From assembly GCA_013239625.1 (NCBI GenBank), contig MU054662.1, forward strand, positions 14,683,798 through 14,747,797: 64,000 nucleotides of DNA, in the 5' to 3' direction. The notes under the pieces are model-generated. The model ran no database searches. It saw nothing but the letters and a program-made list of their open reading frames with translations, and had not been told where the DNA came from. Numbering within the stretch: position 1 is the stretch's first letter; each line of letters begins with the position of its first letter. Position numbers and translations under genes: made by a program. Of this stretch, positions 24,636-37,305 are shown in pieces. This DNA comes from Lama guanicoe (lineage: Eukaryota).

Positions 24636-27600
24636 CCTTTGCTGCAGAATTGCCCAGAGTGGAGGCTTGTGCAGAGGAGAGGAGAGGGAGGCGGGGAAGG
24701 AGGTGCCTCTGCTCCACGACCTTGGGGACCCTGGGGACCAGGGTGAGAGTCAGAGCCTGGCCTCCGCCAGGTTCTGAAAAAAGCTGAAATGATCATTTCT
24801 CTTTCCTGGTAACGAGCCCTGATCGGGGGTAGGGGGTGCAGAATAGGGAGCCCTGCCCCACACAGAGCCTTGTCTTCCCGCCTCTTCCTCTGCCCACACC
24901 CTGCCACAGCCGAGCATCAGTCAAGGGGCTGAGCCCTCCTGCGGGGCCTTCACCCACAGGGTCCAGAAGCCCTCGGGCCCTACAGCAGTGGGGATTCTGG
25001 AATCTCTTGCTAATATTTCAAAAGAATCTAGTAAAGACTGTGTTTAGATCCCTGTGAAAGCTGCAAAGGCAACTGGAATGTCAACGTCTTTAGTTTTGGC
25101 TGGAGTCACAGAGATGAGGTGAGGATACCTCGTGCCAAGCTGCTCTGGGGGCTCAGGTCATATCTGTGACTTGTTGAAGAAAGGGAGGCAGAGCAGCAAC
25201 CAGAGTCCAGCGCACGCTTCGTTATAATGTGCAGGGATACAGTGAAGAGGAAGGGCCCGGAAGCAGCAGGCTGGTCCTTGGGTTGGTAAGTGGGGCTCTG
25301 CTGTGGGGCGTGGGGGCCTCTCACCAGGCCGACCAGGCCGTGCCCAGTGAGGCGCCTCCTGACCTGCAGGACTGGACACATGCGACACTCCCTCTCGGTG
25401 GGGAGACACACCCTGAGCGGGGTCTCAGCGCCAGGTCCGAGCCTCATGCGGCTTCAAGCCTCGTGCGGCTCCAGGTCCCCCACCCCAGGCCCTGGGCTGA
25501 AAGGCCTTTGGAGGAGGTGTCCCACCCCTAGGCCCTGCGCTCCGTGAAGGTTCCAGCATGGTTCTCACAAGTTGGGTGTGAGGGCTGGGCGGGACGTCCT
25601 GAGACCCTGAAGGTAAAAGTTCGCTGCTCATCCAGGAGGGCTGAGGAGGTGACGGGAGTACAACGTGTCCCACTCACTCCTCAGATGCCTCCTGCGTGCC
25701 GGGCCCTGTGCTGGGCGGTGGTGTCAGGACGGCCAAGACATCAGCTGCCCCGGCGCACTGCAGAGACAGGCACACAACTGAAGACATCGACGGCTGAGTC
25801 AAGAAGTGAAGGCAGTGAGTGTAGACGGTAACACTAGCCTGTTCAGGAAGGCGCCATCACTGCTGGTTTGGGGACCAGGGAAGAGGGAGGAATTTGTGGA
25901 TCAAGAATCTCAGTGGGAAGAGAGGCTGAGGGTGCAGCTGGGCAAAGACACAGGTGTGCACGAGCCGGGGATGCAGGGAGGCTGTGTCAGGGGCCAGAGT
26001 TCACCTGTGTGTAAGGTGAGGCAGCTGGGGGCAGGTCTTAAAGGGAACCAGAGCTGGGGTGGCCATGTGGGGCCTGACTGCCCTCCTTGAGGGGCCTGGA
26101 GTTGCTCACACTCAGGGCTCTGTCCTAACTTCAGTCCCGGTTGAGGATAAGGAGAGAAGGGACCAGACTGTTCAGGCCCTGTGTCCTCTGCCCTTGTGTC
26201 TCTTCCACCTCCTGCCCATGCAGACTCAGAGAGCCAAACATGAATGAGGCTGGGTCCTGGCTGGACCCCACCCTCAGCCTCAGCAGGGAGGGATCCCAGG
26301 GCACAGCTTGTCCAAGTCCCGGGGTCCCCCTTGGCTTGACGACTTGGGTCACTGAGGTCTGCAGAAAGTGCTCCTTGGGGACCAGTCTGCAGTGGGTTGC
26401 AGAGGCCTGGAGCCTGCACTTGCCAGCTGGGAAATAGCCCCGGCTGGAGTCTGCCCAGCACGGGGAGGGAGGGCCTCTGTGGAGCCAGCACCGGCCCGTG
26501 AGGCGCTTTCACCCTGAGGCTCAGAAAGGTCAAACCTGGGCCCTAAACCCCGTGTTTAACGAGGGAGGTGCTGGGGTGTGGACTGGAGACATCCTTCTCC
26601 CTGCGCAGAGCACTTCCCACCCGACTCCCTGGCCCCTCTCCTCCACCCGCTGCTGAGATATCAGTGTAACTGCAGAAGGTTTGCTGGCGTCTTCTCTCTG
26701 CCCCCAGCGTCACGGTGGCTGGGCCTGTGCAAGAAGATGGCCAGATGGTCTAGGAGATGGCCCATGGCTACCGGCCCCCTGCCCTCGCCACACAGGCCTT
26801 TGGGTGGCGTCTCCAGCAGACGCAGGGCGACACCCCGTCCTGTGTGCAGCCTGGCTGTGTCTTGCTCAACCTTGGGGAGTCAAGGGGTGGGATCTGAGGG
26901 CACAGACATGGAGGGTGTGAGGACACGGCTGGGGGAGGGGGAGCAGGGAGGGCCTGCGGTCTCCGTGTCCTTTTGGAACCAGTTCTGACTGTTCCTGGAC
27001 CTCCCCCATTCCCCCTCCCTGAGCTGTCCCTCCTGCTGAGGTGGAATCCTCCCTCCAGCACCGATGAGGCCTCTGTGCAGAGGCTCCAGGCGAAACAGGA
27101 GCTGAGGGTGGAGCCTCCAGCGGTCATCCAAGCGGTCGCCCCAGGCCGGGCGAGGGCTGAGGCCGTGGGTGCCCCCCTGCGGGGGCTTCTTGCTGAGGTC
27201 AGTAGTTTGCAGCTTCCCTGCTGCCCGCAGAGGCTGCTGAATGCATTCCTGTGACTGCCCGGCCCCCTTGCCAGAGACCTTGTTCCCTGAGCCCGAGGCC
27301 TCCCAGTCGGTGCCTAGGGAACTCCCATCAGCATCTCCGTCTCCTCCCTGCAGCGGGAACCTGGGGGCTCCCCCGGGGGCCGTTATACAATATAGAATCC
27401 AGCACTCAGTCTGTGCCCTGATCAAGTGGATCTGAGGAAGTGCCTCCTGCAGGACTGCTGCCAAGGCTGGAGTCACAGAACAGGCAGATTCTCCGGTGGA
27501 GGGTCTGCCCTCCTTGGAGCCAATCTTACTGTGGAAGCACCATGAGGAGCAGCATATGCTCAGTGAGACTGCAGATGCGCTGTGCTTGTTAAGTGGACGT

Positions 27601-29039
27601 GGGCTCAGAGGGAAGAGGGGTGGCCAGGGTGAGGCTGAGGGGGGAAGCCCGTCGGGGGCCAGGAGGGCGCAGAGAGCATCCTGGAGGCAGAGACCCCGAG
27701 GCTGCATCAGCCCGACTCTAACCCACAGCTGGGAGATCGTGGGTGAGTGTTTCCATCGCTCTGGGCCCCCGCCCCTTGTCTGTGCATCATGGATTTTGAA
27801 CCAGATGATGTCCAGAGATTTCACCAGTCCTGACGTTCTGGTTTCTGTAAGCCTTGTGGAGAAGAGATCTTTGTGGTTTCATTATGTTTGATCTCTGCTC
27901 TTCTTTCTTGGGAGAGACTATATTTAGGGAGGGAACCCAGAGGCCGGTGGGAAATGACCCCAGAGACCTGGGAGATGTGCATGTCTGCCTCTGACTGTGG
28001 ACCTCTCCTCTCTGACCTGCACTTCTAGGGACTGTGTCCAGGGACAAATGGGTGGGAGGAGCGGAGAACTGTCCAGCAGGGGGAGCTCCTGAAGCCCAGG
28101 ACGGAGTAGGGTGTCCATTCCAGAGAATTCGGTCCTTCCAGCGAGCCGGAGTGGTGCCAGATGCCAGGAGGGAGAGGTGGAGCCTGGATCTTGTCCCTGA
28201 GTAGCCTACACCCAGGAAGGGAGGTCTGCTTCAACACCATGACTTTTGCTGCTCTGCTATCGAAAAAGACTGACCGTCAATAGTGCAGGGTTCAGAGGAC
28301 AGAGGGGGAAGTGAGCTGTGAACACTCACTGGGGGGCTGGGGTTGGGAGTGGCTTGCAACACGCGTGAGCAATTTGGTGGCACACTGGTGGAATTTCGAA
28401 CAGAAGGGATGGCACCGGCCAAAAGAGGTCTGCAACTTTGCAAAGGGTGGGGAGGGAGTGCTAAGGAGGAAGGACAGGGAGGAGAGGAAGGAGGATATTG
28501 GAAGGAGGAGGGCGGGGAGGGAGGAAAGGAAGCAGGTGTGGAGGAGCCTGAAGACAAGCCCGTGTGCAGCCCATGTGCTCGCTGGCTCCGCTCCGTGCTG
28601 TGGGCCTGGAATTCGGCCTGGAGGAGAGAGCTGAGTGTAGGGGAGGAAGGGAGGAATGGAGGGGCGGTCCTAATGGAGCCGTGCTCCTGAGAGGCCCAGG
28701 CCCTCCTGCTGTAGGGACAGGGCACCTCCACGGGTCCAAGGTCCAGGAGGCTGGGCCTTAAGGTGCCGGAGACAGAGCTGCCCCTGGCCTTCCCTCCTCC
28801 CTGGGTGGCCCTCCTGTTTGTGGGGTCACTCCTCCCGAGGCGGGAACTTGGTGGCACGTGCCCAGAGATGAAGGTTGCTCCTCTGCTGGGTGTTAGCTGC
28901 TTCTGGGGAGCATCCACTCCTCGGGGTAGATGAGGCTGTGGAGAGAACACGGCACCTGCGCCGTCAAATCCCCGCCCCGCGCCCCAGCGCCTGGGGCTGG
29001 ACTCCTGCCCCCTCCTTCCCTCTGGGGGCCTCCTTGGAG

Positions 29040-29260
29040 CCCACCTGTTCTGAGAAGTCTCTGTCACCTACGCTTTCATGCCAGCATCGTCTTTACTAAA
29101 AGCCCAACTACTGAAGTTTTCACTCGGCAGTTTGGAATCGACTTGATATTTCTGAAACACCGTTTGACAGACATGCATCCACTCCTGTGGGGCTGCCTTC
29201 TTTCTCCCTTAAACTGGTCTAAGGGACGGCTCTGTGCCAACTGAGACTCTGTTAATATCC
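29040..29260 (-). mobile_element. Old L1 (L1ME-like) antisense fragment
   Basis: Degraded T-rich segment (tttggaatcgacttgatatttctga...catccactcctgtggggctgccttctttctcc). Confidence 0.35.
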
Positions 29261-30348
29261 CCCCCCAGCAAAATGCACTAGGTTATTTCCATGCCCGAGT
29301 TTCCTCCCTCCACAATAACCTCCTTCGTCCCCTCCCACCTGGAAACCAGGGGAGGCAGTGGGGCGGGGGAGATGTGCCTCAGTTGAGACAAAGGCCTCTC
29401 ACAGCAGACGGCCACTGGAATTGTTTCCTTCTGTTGCTTATTGCTGGGGCTTTCACACAGGCGCTCAGCCCACACTTCGAAGCCTCGGCATCAAATAACA
29501 TTTGGGGCCAATTCCCTCCTGCTGAAACGCAGGGATGATAATCTTTCACAGCGAGGCAGAGTTAGGTGGTTTTCCATAAGAAATTCTAAAGTGTCAAGAT
29601 TCTCATGGGTGCATTTTGCTGGAGAGGGAGTCCCCAGTGGTCCCAAGTGGAGAAGGGTGGTTGATTTCTCTAAAACAGGCTGAGAACAGTACAGGTGGGA
29701 GGTAGTGCTGCCCTGGACCACACGACCCCTAAACCTCTGATTTTATGACACTTCCAGCTCCAGCTGAACTCAAGTTTCCGCTCCTCCCTCCATGCTGCCC
29801 TGCGGACCTGAGCTATTCTCTCCTCTCTGAAAGAGAAGGAAATGTCCATTATGAAGATCGATTGATATCATTTGAATCTGCGTGCAATTAAAAACCAAAC
29901 TAAGCACATTCATTAAAATCTAACCTCCTGGTTTAACAAGCTTGGTTCTGGAAGTGTCTGCTCAGACCTGGCCGAGAGGAAGTGAGGAGTGGACTCGGGG
30001 GAAGCCCAGCTGTCGGGGCGGTGGCCTGTGGTTCTCTGCCCTTTCCAACCAGATGGGTTTGCAGCACCTGGCCAGGGTTCCTGCAGTGCAGGTAGGGGAG
30101 GCACTGCGTGCTAAGAGGGGCTTCCTGCACCCCTGCCGGTCACTGCAGGCTCACCTGATGCCCGTGTCTGAGGCCTCTTCTGGGCTGGGGGTTTGGGCAC
30201 ACTTACAGCAACAGCAGGCTCCCAGCTCTCCTGCCCCACCCCCACACAGCCATCACTGCCCACTATGGACTGGGTACCACACCTGTGTATTGAGAAGAAA
30301 AGGATTCTTAAAGATAGAGAAGCTCCCCCTTGGCTTCTCTGAGAGTTG

Positions 30349-30447
30349 AATTAGGTTTTATCAATCTTAATGGAGGCACTGGGGATTGAACCCAGGACCT
30401 CCTGCATGCTAAGCATGTGGTCTACCATTGAGCTATTACCTTCCCCC
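30349..30447 (-). mobile_element. Camelid tRNA-Ala(AGC)-derived SINE (vic-1 type)
   Basis: The reverse strand reads GGGGAAGGTAATAGCTCAATGGTAGACCACATGCTTAGCATGCAGGAGGTCCTGGGTTCAATCCCCAGTGCCTCCATTAA: a tRNA-Ala(AGC)-like body with A/B boxes, plus the aaacctaatt tail I recognise from camelid SINEs. Confidence 0.85.
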
Positions 30448-30519
30448 ACTCCTCATGGTTTGTTTTGTGGGATAACAAATTTCATTATTGGGTTGGCTTG
30501 TGAGCTGGGATATTTGCAC

Positions 30520-30680
30520 CCATAGATAACCATGCACTTATTTCTTACACCAACAGTCTTAGGAAGTAGGTATTACTATTAAATTCATTTTACTGGTGAA
30601 GAAATTGATGCTCAGAGTGGTTCAGTAACTTGCCCGAGGCCATGCAGCCGGGGAGTGCAGGGGTAAGCCAGGCCACTGCA
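30520..30680 (-). mobile_element. MIR SINE
   Basis: aagtaggtattactatt...cattttactggtgaagaaattgatgctcagagtggttcagtaacttgcccgaggccatgcagc. Confidence 0.9.
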
Positions 30681-31584
30681 GAGCCATTGCTCCTGGCCGA
30701 TGCTCTGCCCAATAAAGCACAGGTGGATACTCATCTGAGTCCCCTGGGAGGCCAGCCAGATGGACTGGAACCTGCTGGAGTGGGTCCCTCTTGGTCCTCC
30801 TCCCCCAGCCAGCAAGTAACTGCCGCTGACAGCATCTTTGATGGCAAAAGGTGACAGTTTATGTCTCTCATTTCATCATGCTACCCATCAGCAGACAGCC
30901 AGGCTCTGAGAACAAATCCCACACTGACTCATCTCCACCAAATTGTGGCTGACCACAGGAACCACCTCCAAACTGCAGGCTGCACGCGGGCATGAGTCTC
31001 CAGAGGGCCTGTGCAGTGTGTTCAGCTCTTTATTCTGAGACTCAGCCAAAGTTCCCTCTGCCTCCCTGGCTGATGAGTCCTGCCCCTTGGCGCTAGTCTG
31101 GCGGAGACTGAGCCCACGACGTGGTCCTCCTTGTCCCCCTGGCCTGGGCTCCCTAAGTGGTCCCTGTGGTCACATTGTTGTTTGATCCTGTCTGGACCCA
31201 GCAACCATTAGGACACAGCTGGGTTATGGGTCACTTTGTCACAATGGCCCGCCCTCCCACGTCCCTTCCCTGCATCCAGGAAAGTGCTAGGGGCGTGTGG
31301 GGGAAGGGGGTTCCCGGACTCGGGACTAGAACCCAGGGGAGGAGTCAGAGCAAAGGTGGGAACAGAAGGCAGACAGAACACAGTGGAGGGGGCATCTGAC
31401 CTCAGGGAATAGGAAAGGGGGCTCAGGGGTGATACTGATGACAGCCCCAACACCTGCATTTTCATCGGTTTGGAGCCTCACAACCCCCAGACCGTGGGCT
31501 GAGTCAGCATGACCAGGGATGTGTGACAGACAACGACAGTCGCTGTCCTGTTCTTGAGTCATTATTTCGGGCTGTCACTTTGCT

Positions 31585-31760
31585 AATGACACAAATCACC
31601 TCATTTGATGCTTCCAACAACCCTGTGAAGGAGGGACTATTACTGTTCCCATTTTACAGGTGAGGAAATTGAGTCCCAGGGTTTAAGGGAGTTTAGCAAG
31701 GTCACACACCTGGTAGGCATCAGAGACTCAGGCCTTCTGGCTCTGAATTTCTGGAGCCCC
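31585..31760 (-). mobile_element. MIR SINE
   Basis: ctcatttgatgcttccaacaaccctgtgaagg...cccattttacaggtgaggaaattgagtcccagg...caaggtcacacacctggtagg. Confidence 0.92.
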
Positions 31761-33284
31761 AGGCGGCCGAGACAGAGGGCTAGTCCCTGGGCCTTTAGCT
31801 GGGCCTCAGGAGAGACACTCCTCTAGTGGCGGAAATGGGTGGAGATGCCAGGGGTTGGCCTTTCATCAGGGGTGCCTGAATCCTCCACCGGGCTTTGCTC
31901 GTGGGGCTGTTTGTTAGCATCCAGGGCTTTTGCTGACGGTGCAGTTTGCAGAGCTGTTAGTGGAAACGAACATGGCAAATGTGAGACACACAAGGGCCTG
32001 GGGTGGGCGAGGCCACCAACCGCTTGGGGAGCTACCCTTCCTTTTGGCGTCCACGGCCAGACGTCCTCTCTTCCTGCAGACCTGGTCGCTGGAAAGGCCT
32101 GCCATGCTTCCCTTCCGTGGCCAGGTGTGGGGCTCTGATGGACATTTCAGCACATTTTGTGTGGAACCAACTCTGGATTCAACTGCTGGATCTCTGAGCC
32201 TGTGTTTTCATGGCCTGTGATTCTCTGTACAGTAAACGGGGGAAGAGCTCAAGCCCACGATGAGGAAACCTTGATTCCTGTAATCTACCCCCGAGTAAAG
32301 TCATCACAAGCCACTCGCTGCCATTCTAAACGAGAAACGTGGACGAGCCTGCGGGATCCCCACCGCCCGTCTCGGGGCCCGGTTCCCTCGGGCCTGGGCC
32401 GAGTGAGCCTGTGCAGGGCATCTGGGTGCCGTCCCTCCTGGGCCAGGGGGCAAAGGAGATGCAGTGGAGGAGCCAGGAGAGAAAAGCTGACGAGACACCT
32501 CGTGTCCCGCTCAGGAGGGTAGTCCTGTGAGCACCGTTCGCTTGGGGTCAGCCTCCTCCCGGTTTGGGGACAGAGCTGCGTTGAGGACCCAGGGCTGGCA
32601 TCCAAAAGCTTCATCCGTTGGTGGTGAGTCAGTTCATTTAAGGAGGAAAAGGCTGGACAGAGGCGCGGAGAGGGGAGGAGAGGTGCTGTTTCCCGTAGTC
32701 GGGGGGCCTCGGGCAGGAGGCTGTGTAGGACCAGGGTAGGGGTGGCATGGAGCGGTGGGAGGGGCAGTTCCTTGCCTCAGACCCAGAATTAACCCGCCCA
32801 AGCCTCCGAGTCCTCCTCCATTAAATGGGGGTAGTGAGGCCCATCTCACTGGACTGCAGTTGGACACGAAGGGAACTAGAGTTACTCTACATGAGGTCCT
32901 TCCTGTGAATGCCAGTTTCTCCTCTGAACTCCAGGGGCAGCGGATGTGCAGGGAAGAGCAGGTGTGTCCAGAAAAGGTCAAGAATTGTGACCGTCCGTCT
33001 GTCTGTCGGTCCAGCTGGGGCATCTGAGTAAGAGTAGGGTCTTGGTCTGGGGTAGGTCACTCCCCATTGGGCTCCCCAAATAGGCCCTGCCCCATCTCAG
33101 CACACAGTTCTTGGGCAAGGTGACTGGGGCCTTAGAGTTGAAATTATGTCAGTGAAGTTAAGAACCTATGGAGATGGCAGCTGCGGAAACTGAAAACCAC
33201 AGGGAAGCAGGTGGTCGAAGATCATCACGCAGGTGTGGGTGTCAGGGCCCAACGCTGTCCCCCCGCCATGGGATCCAGGTGCTG

Positions 33285-33410
33285 GAATCAACCAGCAGGT
33301 GCCTCTCAGACCCCATCCCAAAACGAGGTGAGCAGATCTGTGGGCCCAGGAATCTGCATTCATAAGGGAGCCTGGTGACTCTGACTCCGAGACCCTGAGC
33401 TGGGAGCTAG
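33285..33410. mobile_element. MER5A-like hAT-Charlie DNA transposon remnant
   Basis: tgggcccaggaatctgcattcataagggagcctggtgactctga matches the MER5A signature (ggggcccaggaatctgcattttaacaagctccccaggtgattctga). Confidence 0.75.
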
Positions 33411-33524
33411 CAACCACCACCCACCACCCACGTTGCACATACCACACACCTTGCACACACCACCCACGGCTGTGGTAGTGGGCTCAGCTGCTTGTGTCCC
33501 TGGAGACGCCGCGTTGTGCTCACA

Positions 33525-33720
33525 CATGCATACTCATTCGGCAAGGGTTTATTGAAGACCTCCTACGTACCAGACACCGCTGAGCACCACCGCATGTCTA
33601 ACGGGCCAGGCCAGAGTAGGGAGCTCAGCCAGGGCAGGTGGGAGGGAACTGTGTGGGGTGGACAGACAGGAGGTCACTCCCGGGGTTGGGAGCGGGGAGG
33701 CCAGGCTCAGAAGCAGGGAG
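33525..33720 (-). mobile_element. L2 LINE 3' remnant
   Basis: ctcattcggcaagggtttattgaagacctcctacgtaccagacaccgctg. Confidence 0.6.
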
Positions 33721-34036
33721 GAGAGACTTGAGCCCGGCAGGTGGAGGCAGATCACCTTCCCAGCACTGCGTGGAGGTGAAAGTGTGATTTTAACGTCAGA
33801 ACTGCGTCCCCATCTTGGCTGTGCTGCTGGTGTTGCAGGTGGCTCCACTGTCTCAGCCTCACTTCCCTCCTGTCTGTGTGGGGGTGGTGCTACTATCACT
33901 TCCTTGGGGTGTTGTGAGCTGGGAGGACGCTCAGGCTTAGAGCGGACATGGGATGGGGTGCAGGGAGGTGGGGAGCATGAGGCTTCCTCTAGGGAACCAG
34001 GTGCAAATGCAGATTCTTGCATCCATCCCTCCCAGA

Positions 34037-34080
34037 TGCTCCTCCCCTCGGGTGCTCCTCCCCCCAGGTGCTCCTCCCCA
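34037..34080. repeat. Three tandem copies of tgctcctcccc (15-16 bp period)
   Basis: Read directly at 34037, 34053 and 34068. Confidence 0.85.
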
Positions 34081-35049
34081 CCAGATCTGGTTACTCCACA
34101 CGGGATTCTCTCTTCCTGCCCATTGGACCATCAGCCGAGCCTCTGCAGCAGTCTGGTGACCCCATATCCCCCGTGGCTCCTGCTGGCGCTGGGGTGCTGG
34201 GCCCTGTTGCTGTTCTGTTCCCCTGCCAACCCGGTGCTGACTCAGGGACCCCTGATTCCATCCTGAACCCTACGACCAGCTTCTGGTGCTCTTTCAGACA
34301 GGAAGGATGCCCATCCCTCATCACCCGCCTGCCCCACCAGGACTCACCTCCAAGGAAAGAACTTGGAAAGTGGAGCAGCTTTAAGCATATATGCTAGGGC
34401 ATAGCAGGATCTCATTAAAATACAGAGAGATTAACACAGTCTCATTCCCTCAATTATTAACCGTGTACTTGTTCTCCAGAAAAGTGCCCATGAAAAATTA
34501 AAACAGAGGAAAATGGTCGTTCACTTAAAACTGCTCAGTTAATCTGTGAAGAATGTTTTATTCAGTGCATTAAATGGACACGCGAGGTTGGACACCTGCT
34601 GGTCCCGCACCAGTGGGCACCTCCATTGCGGAGGGAGAGGCAGGAGGATGGGGTGAGGGCCCAACAGCAGAGCCCTCTGCCCGGTTTGTTGTCCGGCCCA
34701 GATTCCCAGGTTCTGAAGGCTGACATGGAGCCAGGAAAGCTGCTGCCCTGGGGAGGAGGGAGGAGGCCGGGGGTCCTCGGCTGTTCCTGCGGCCACCAGT
34801 GCCTGAGAGCATCCCCTTTCGTCCCTGGTACCATGAGCGGGCCGAGGAGAACTCAGTCCAGACCCAGCAGGGCAGAAGGGGGCGACTTTGGCCCCAGAGG
34901 TCAGGGCACAGGCCCACCTGACGTTTGCAGGTGAACAGAAAGGCCAGAGGGGACACTGTCTGGGGCCCAGGTGAGCGGATGGCTGGGCCACTCTCTGCTG
35001 AGTATTCCCTTTCCTGCCGCTGGGCCTGAGCTGGGCTGGGGGTGGAGGT

Positions 35050-35100
35050 GAAGAAGCACCTGTTGAATGAATGAAAAAATGAGTAAATAAATGAACAAGG
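35050..35100 (+). mobile_element. L2 3' terminus
   Basis: tgttgaatgaatgaaaaaatgagtaaataaatgaa, the typical (GAAT)n L2 tail. Confidence 0.6.
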
Positions 35101-36439
35101 AAGGGGGCCCAGGCCTTCCCAGGACGCCACAGAGGCCTCCACCTGCCTGCCTCCCAGGCTCGGCTGTGACCAGGGGACCCACAGGCCTGGGAGACCAGGC
35201 ACGTTTCCTGCTGGCCCCACAGACTCCCCTCTGGCTGAGTCCTGGCCCCCGGGAGTCATGGGAACGGGGCTCCACTGCCCACTGGTGCCCCCAGGGTCGT
35301 TGAGCCCCTGTGAGGGCAGCGCTGAACGTGGGACTGGGGCCGAGGTCTCCAGGCTGAGCAGCTCCCACACTGCAGTGCTCTCCTGAGCCCGTGTCGTTTC
35401 CCTCAAGACACCCCCAGAAACTGAGCAGAGGGGTGAACACGGCAGCCAGGTCTGGGTGTGGGGACGGGGCTGGAGAGGCGCTGGTTGGTCAGCAGTTGGT
35501 GCAGCTGGGTGGGGCAGGCAGATGGGGGAGCTGGGCGTCTCTAATGGTCCCCAGCGAGGCTGGGGTGTGGAGGAAGGAACTGGGTGAGGGCGGGAGGGAC
35601 TCCCCAGCAGTGTGCCACCCTCAGGAAGGATGTGCAGATAGGGTCCAGGAGGTTCTCTCAGAAGCGCCGCACTTCACAGTTGGCAGAAACGACAAAGCCC
35701 GGGGCCGCTCAGTCACGCGCACAGTTGAGTTGCAACAATAAAGCAAGTCTGAGGGAATCGCAGTTGCATCCACGTAACTATACACGTTAGTCGGTGTCTA
35801 GTGGGCGTCTGAATCTCCAGTCACTCCAACTGGATCAGAGATTTAAAGGCAGACCAAAAATGGGCCATAAGGTTACCAGGCAAATTAAAACACAGGAGAC
35901 CCTGAGGATGCAGGAATCTGCACTCACACCTGTTTCCCTAGCGGGAGCCCCACCAGCTGAAAGGCTTGTGGGTCCAGAGGTGCCAGGGAGCAGGAGCTGG
36001 GGTTAGACACATGGGCCTGCGTCCTGGGACAGGGGTGCTGGGGCACAGAGACCACTTTCTCAGGCACAAGTCTCGGTGAGGGGTGTTGATTTCCAGGGAG
36101 GAGGGGAAGACAGGGTGGGGGGACACCTACATGGCTGGGAAGAGGGGCCAGGACTGTCCTGGTGACACCCCACCTCTGCATGGGGACTGGAGCTCAGATG
36201 GGCCAGGGGTCAGCCTGAGCCCACACAGCTGTCCCGGCAGAACTCTGCCGCCCTAGCCCTGACCCTGGCCTCTCTGCCCCACGAAAGAGGGAGCAGGAGT
36301 GGGAGTGGGAGCGAGGAGGTAGTTCTGCTTTCCCCCTGATGGGCCCTAGAAGGGAATCTGGGGGTGGAGCAGGCTGGCACACGGCTGCCTTCCAGACTCG
36401 GGAGCACGAGATAGGGGGAGCTGGGTTTGGAGCAAGAGG

Positions 36440-36605
36440 GGCCCTGAGTCAGGTTCACTAGAGGAAAAGGGGGGGCTCCCCTGAGTCAGGTTCACTAGAG
36501 GAGGGGGGATTCTGAGTCAAGTTCACTATAAGAGGAGGGGGTCCCTGAGTCCCAAGTCAGGTTCACTATAGGAGAAGGGGGATCTGAATCAGCCTCACTC
36601 TAGGG
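36440..36605. repeat. Minisatellite, ~5 units of 31-39 bp (ctgagtcaggttcactagagg...ggggg)
   Basis: Unit cores at 36444, 36481, 36512, 36545 and 36584 (last two degenerate). Confidence 0.9.
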
Positions 36606-37194
36606 GTAGGGGACAGGCAGCTCTGGAACCCAGGGTCTCCCCCAGCCGGGGCTAAGCCCACCGCACCCCAGCCCCGTGGTTCCAGCACTGAAACCTCGTG
36701 CTGAGTCAGGGATGGATCTCACTGCTGAGCGTCTGCTGACGCCGAGGTCCCCAGGATAATTACCCTCCAAGTGCCAGGCTATTTCCGTCTCCAGCAGGAG
36801 GACAGATCAGGAGGGGCAGGGTCCAGAAATAGCAGAAGCAATTAGCTGGCGGGCTTCTCGGGGCAAAATTACCGTGTGCAAATTAGGACCTGGCCAGGTG
36901 AACCTCTGCCCAGTTTCTGGGTCCGCGAGATACGGGGGCATCGTCCTTGCCAGGCCCTCACCTGGCCTACAGCAGGACCACTGGTCTCAGGGTCATCCCT
37001 CCTTACAGAACCCTTTCGGACCTGGAGGCCTGGGTGGGCTGAGGGGTTCCCTGCCCGGCACCACCGCCGTGACTTCCAGGATGGGATGGAAGGTCGGGGA
37101 GGCTCTGCAGGGCCCCGCCTACTCCCCAGCAAGCGCAGCTGCTTTACAGAAGATGCACTGGACCGTCGGTCCTGAGAAGCAGTTTGGGACGGCG

Positions 37195-37305
37195 CCCAGA
37201 TCTGAGTCAGGAGACACGGTTCAAGCTTTGGAGGTTTCACTCTGGAGCTCTGTGTCCTTGGGCGAGTCACGTAACCTCACTGAGGGTCCTTTTTCTTCCC
37301 TGGAC
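37195..37305 (+). mobile_element. MIR SINE
   Basis: gagtcaggagacacggttcaag...ctgtgtccttgggcgagtcacgtaacctcactgagg. Confidence 0.75.

Noticed and set aside
30372-30445. tRNA-Ala(AGC) gene
   Set aside because: Stem-disrupting substitutions and a SINE-type tail indicate a SINE, not a functional tRNA.
36440-36605. CRISPR-like repeat-spacer array
   Set aside because: The intervening segments are short, mutually similar G-runs rather than unique spacers. The context is eukaryotic with no cas genes, so it is a minisatellite.
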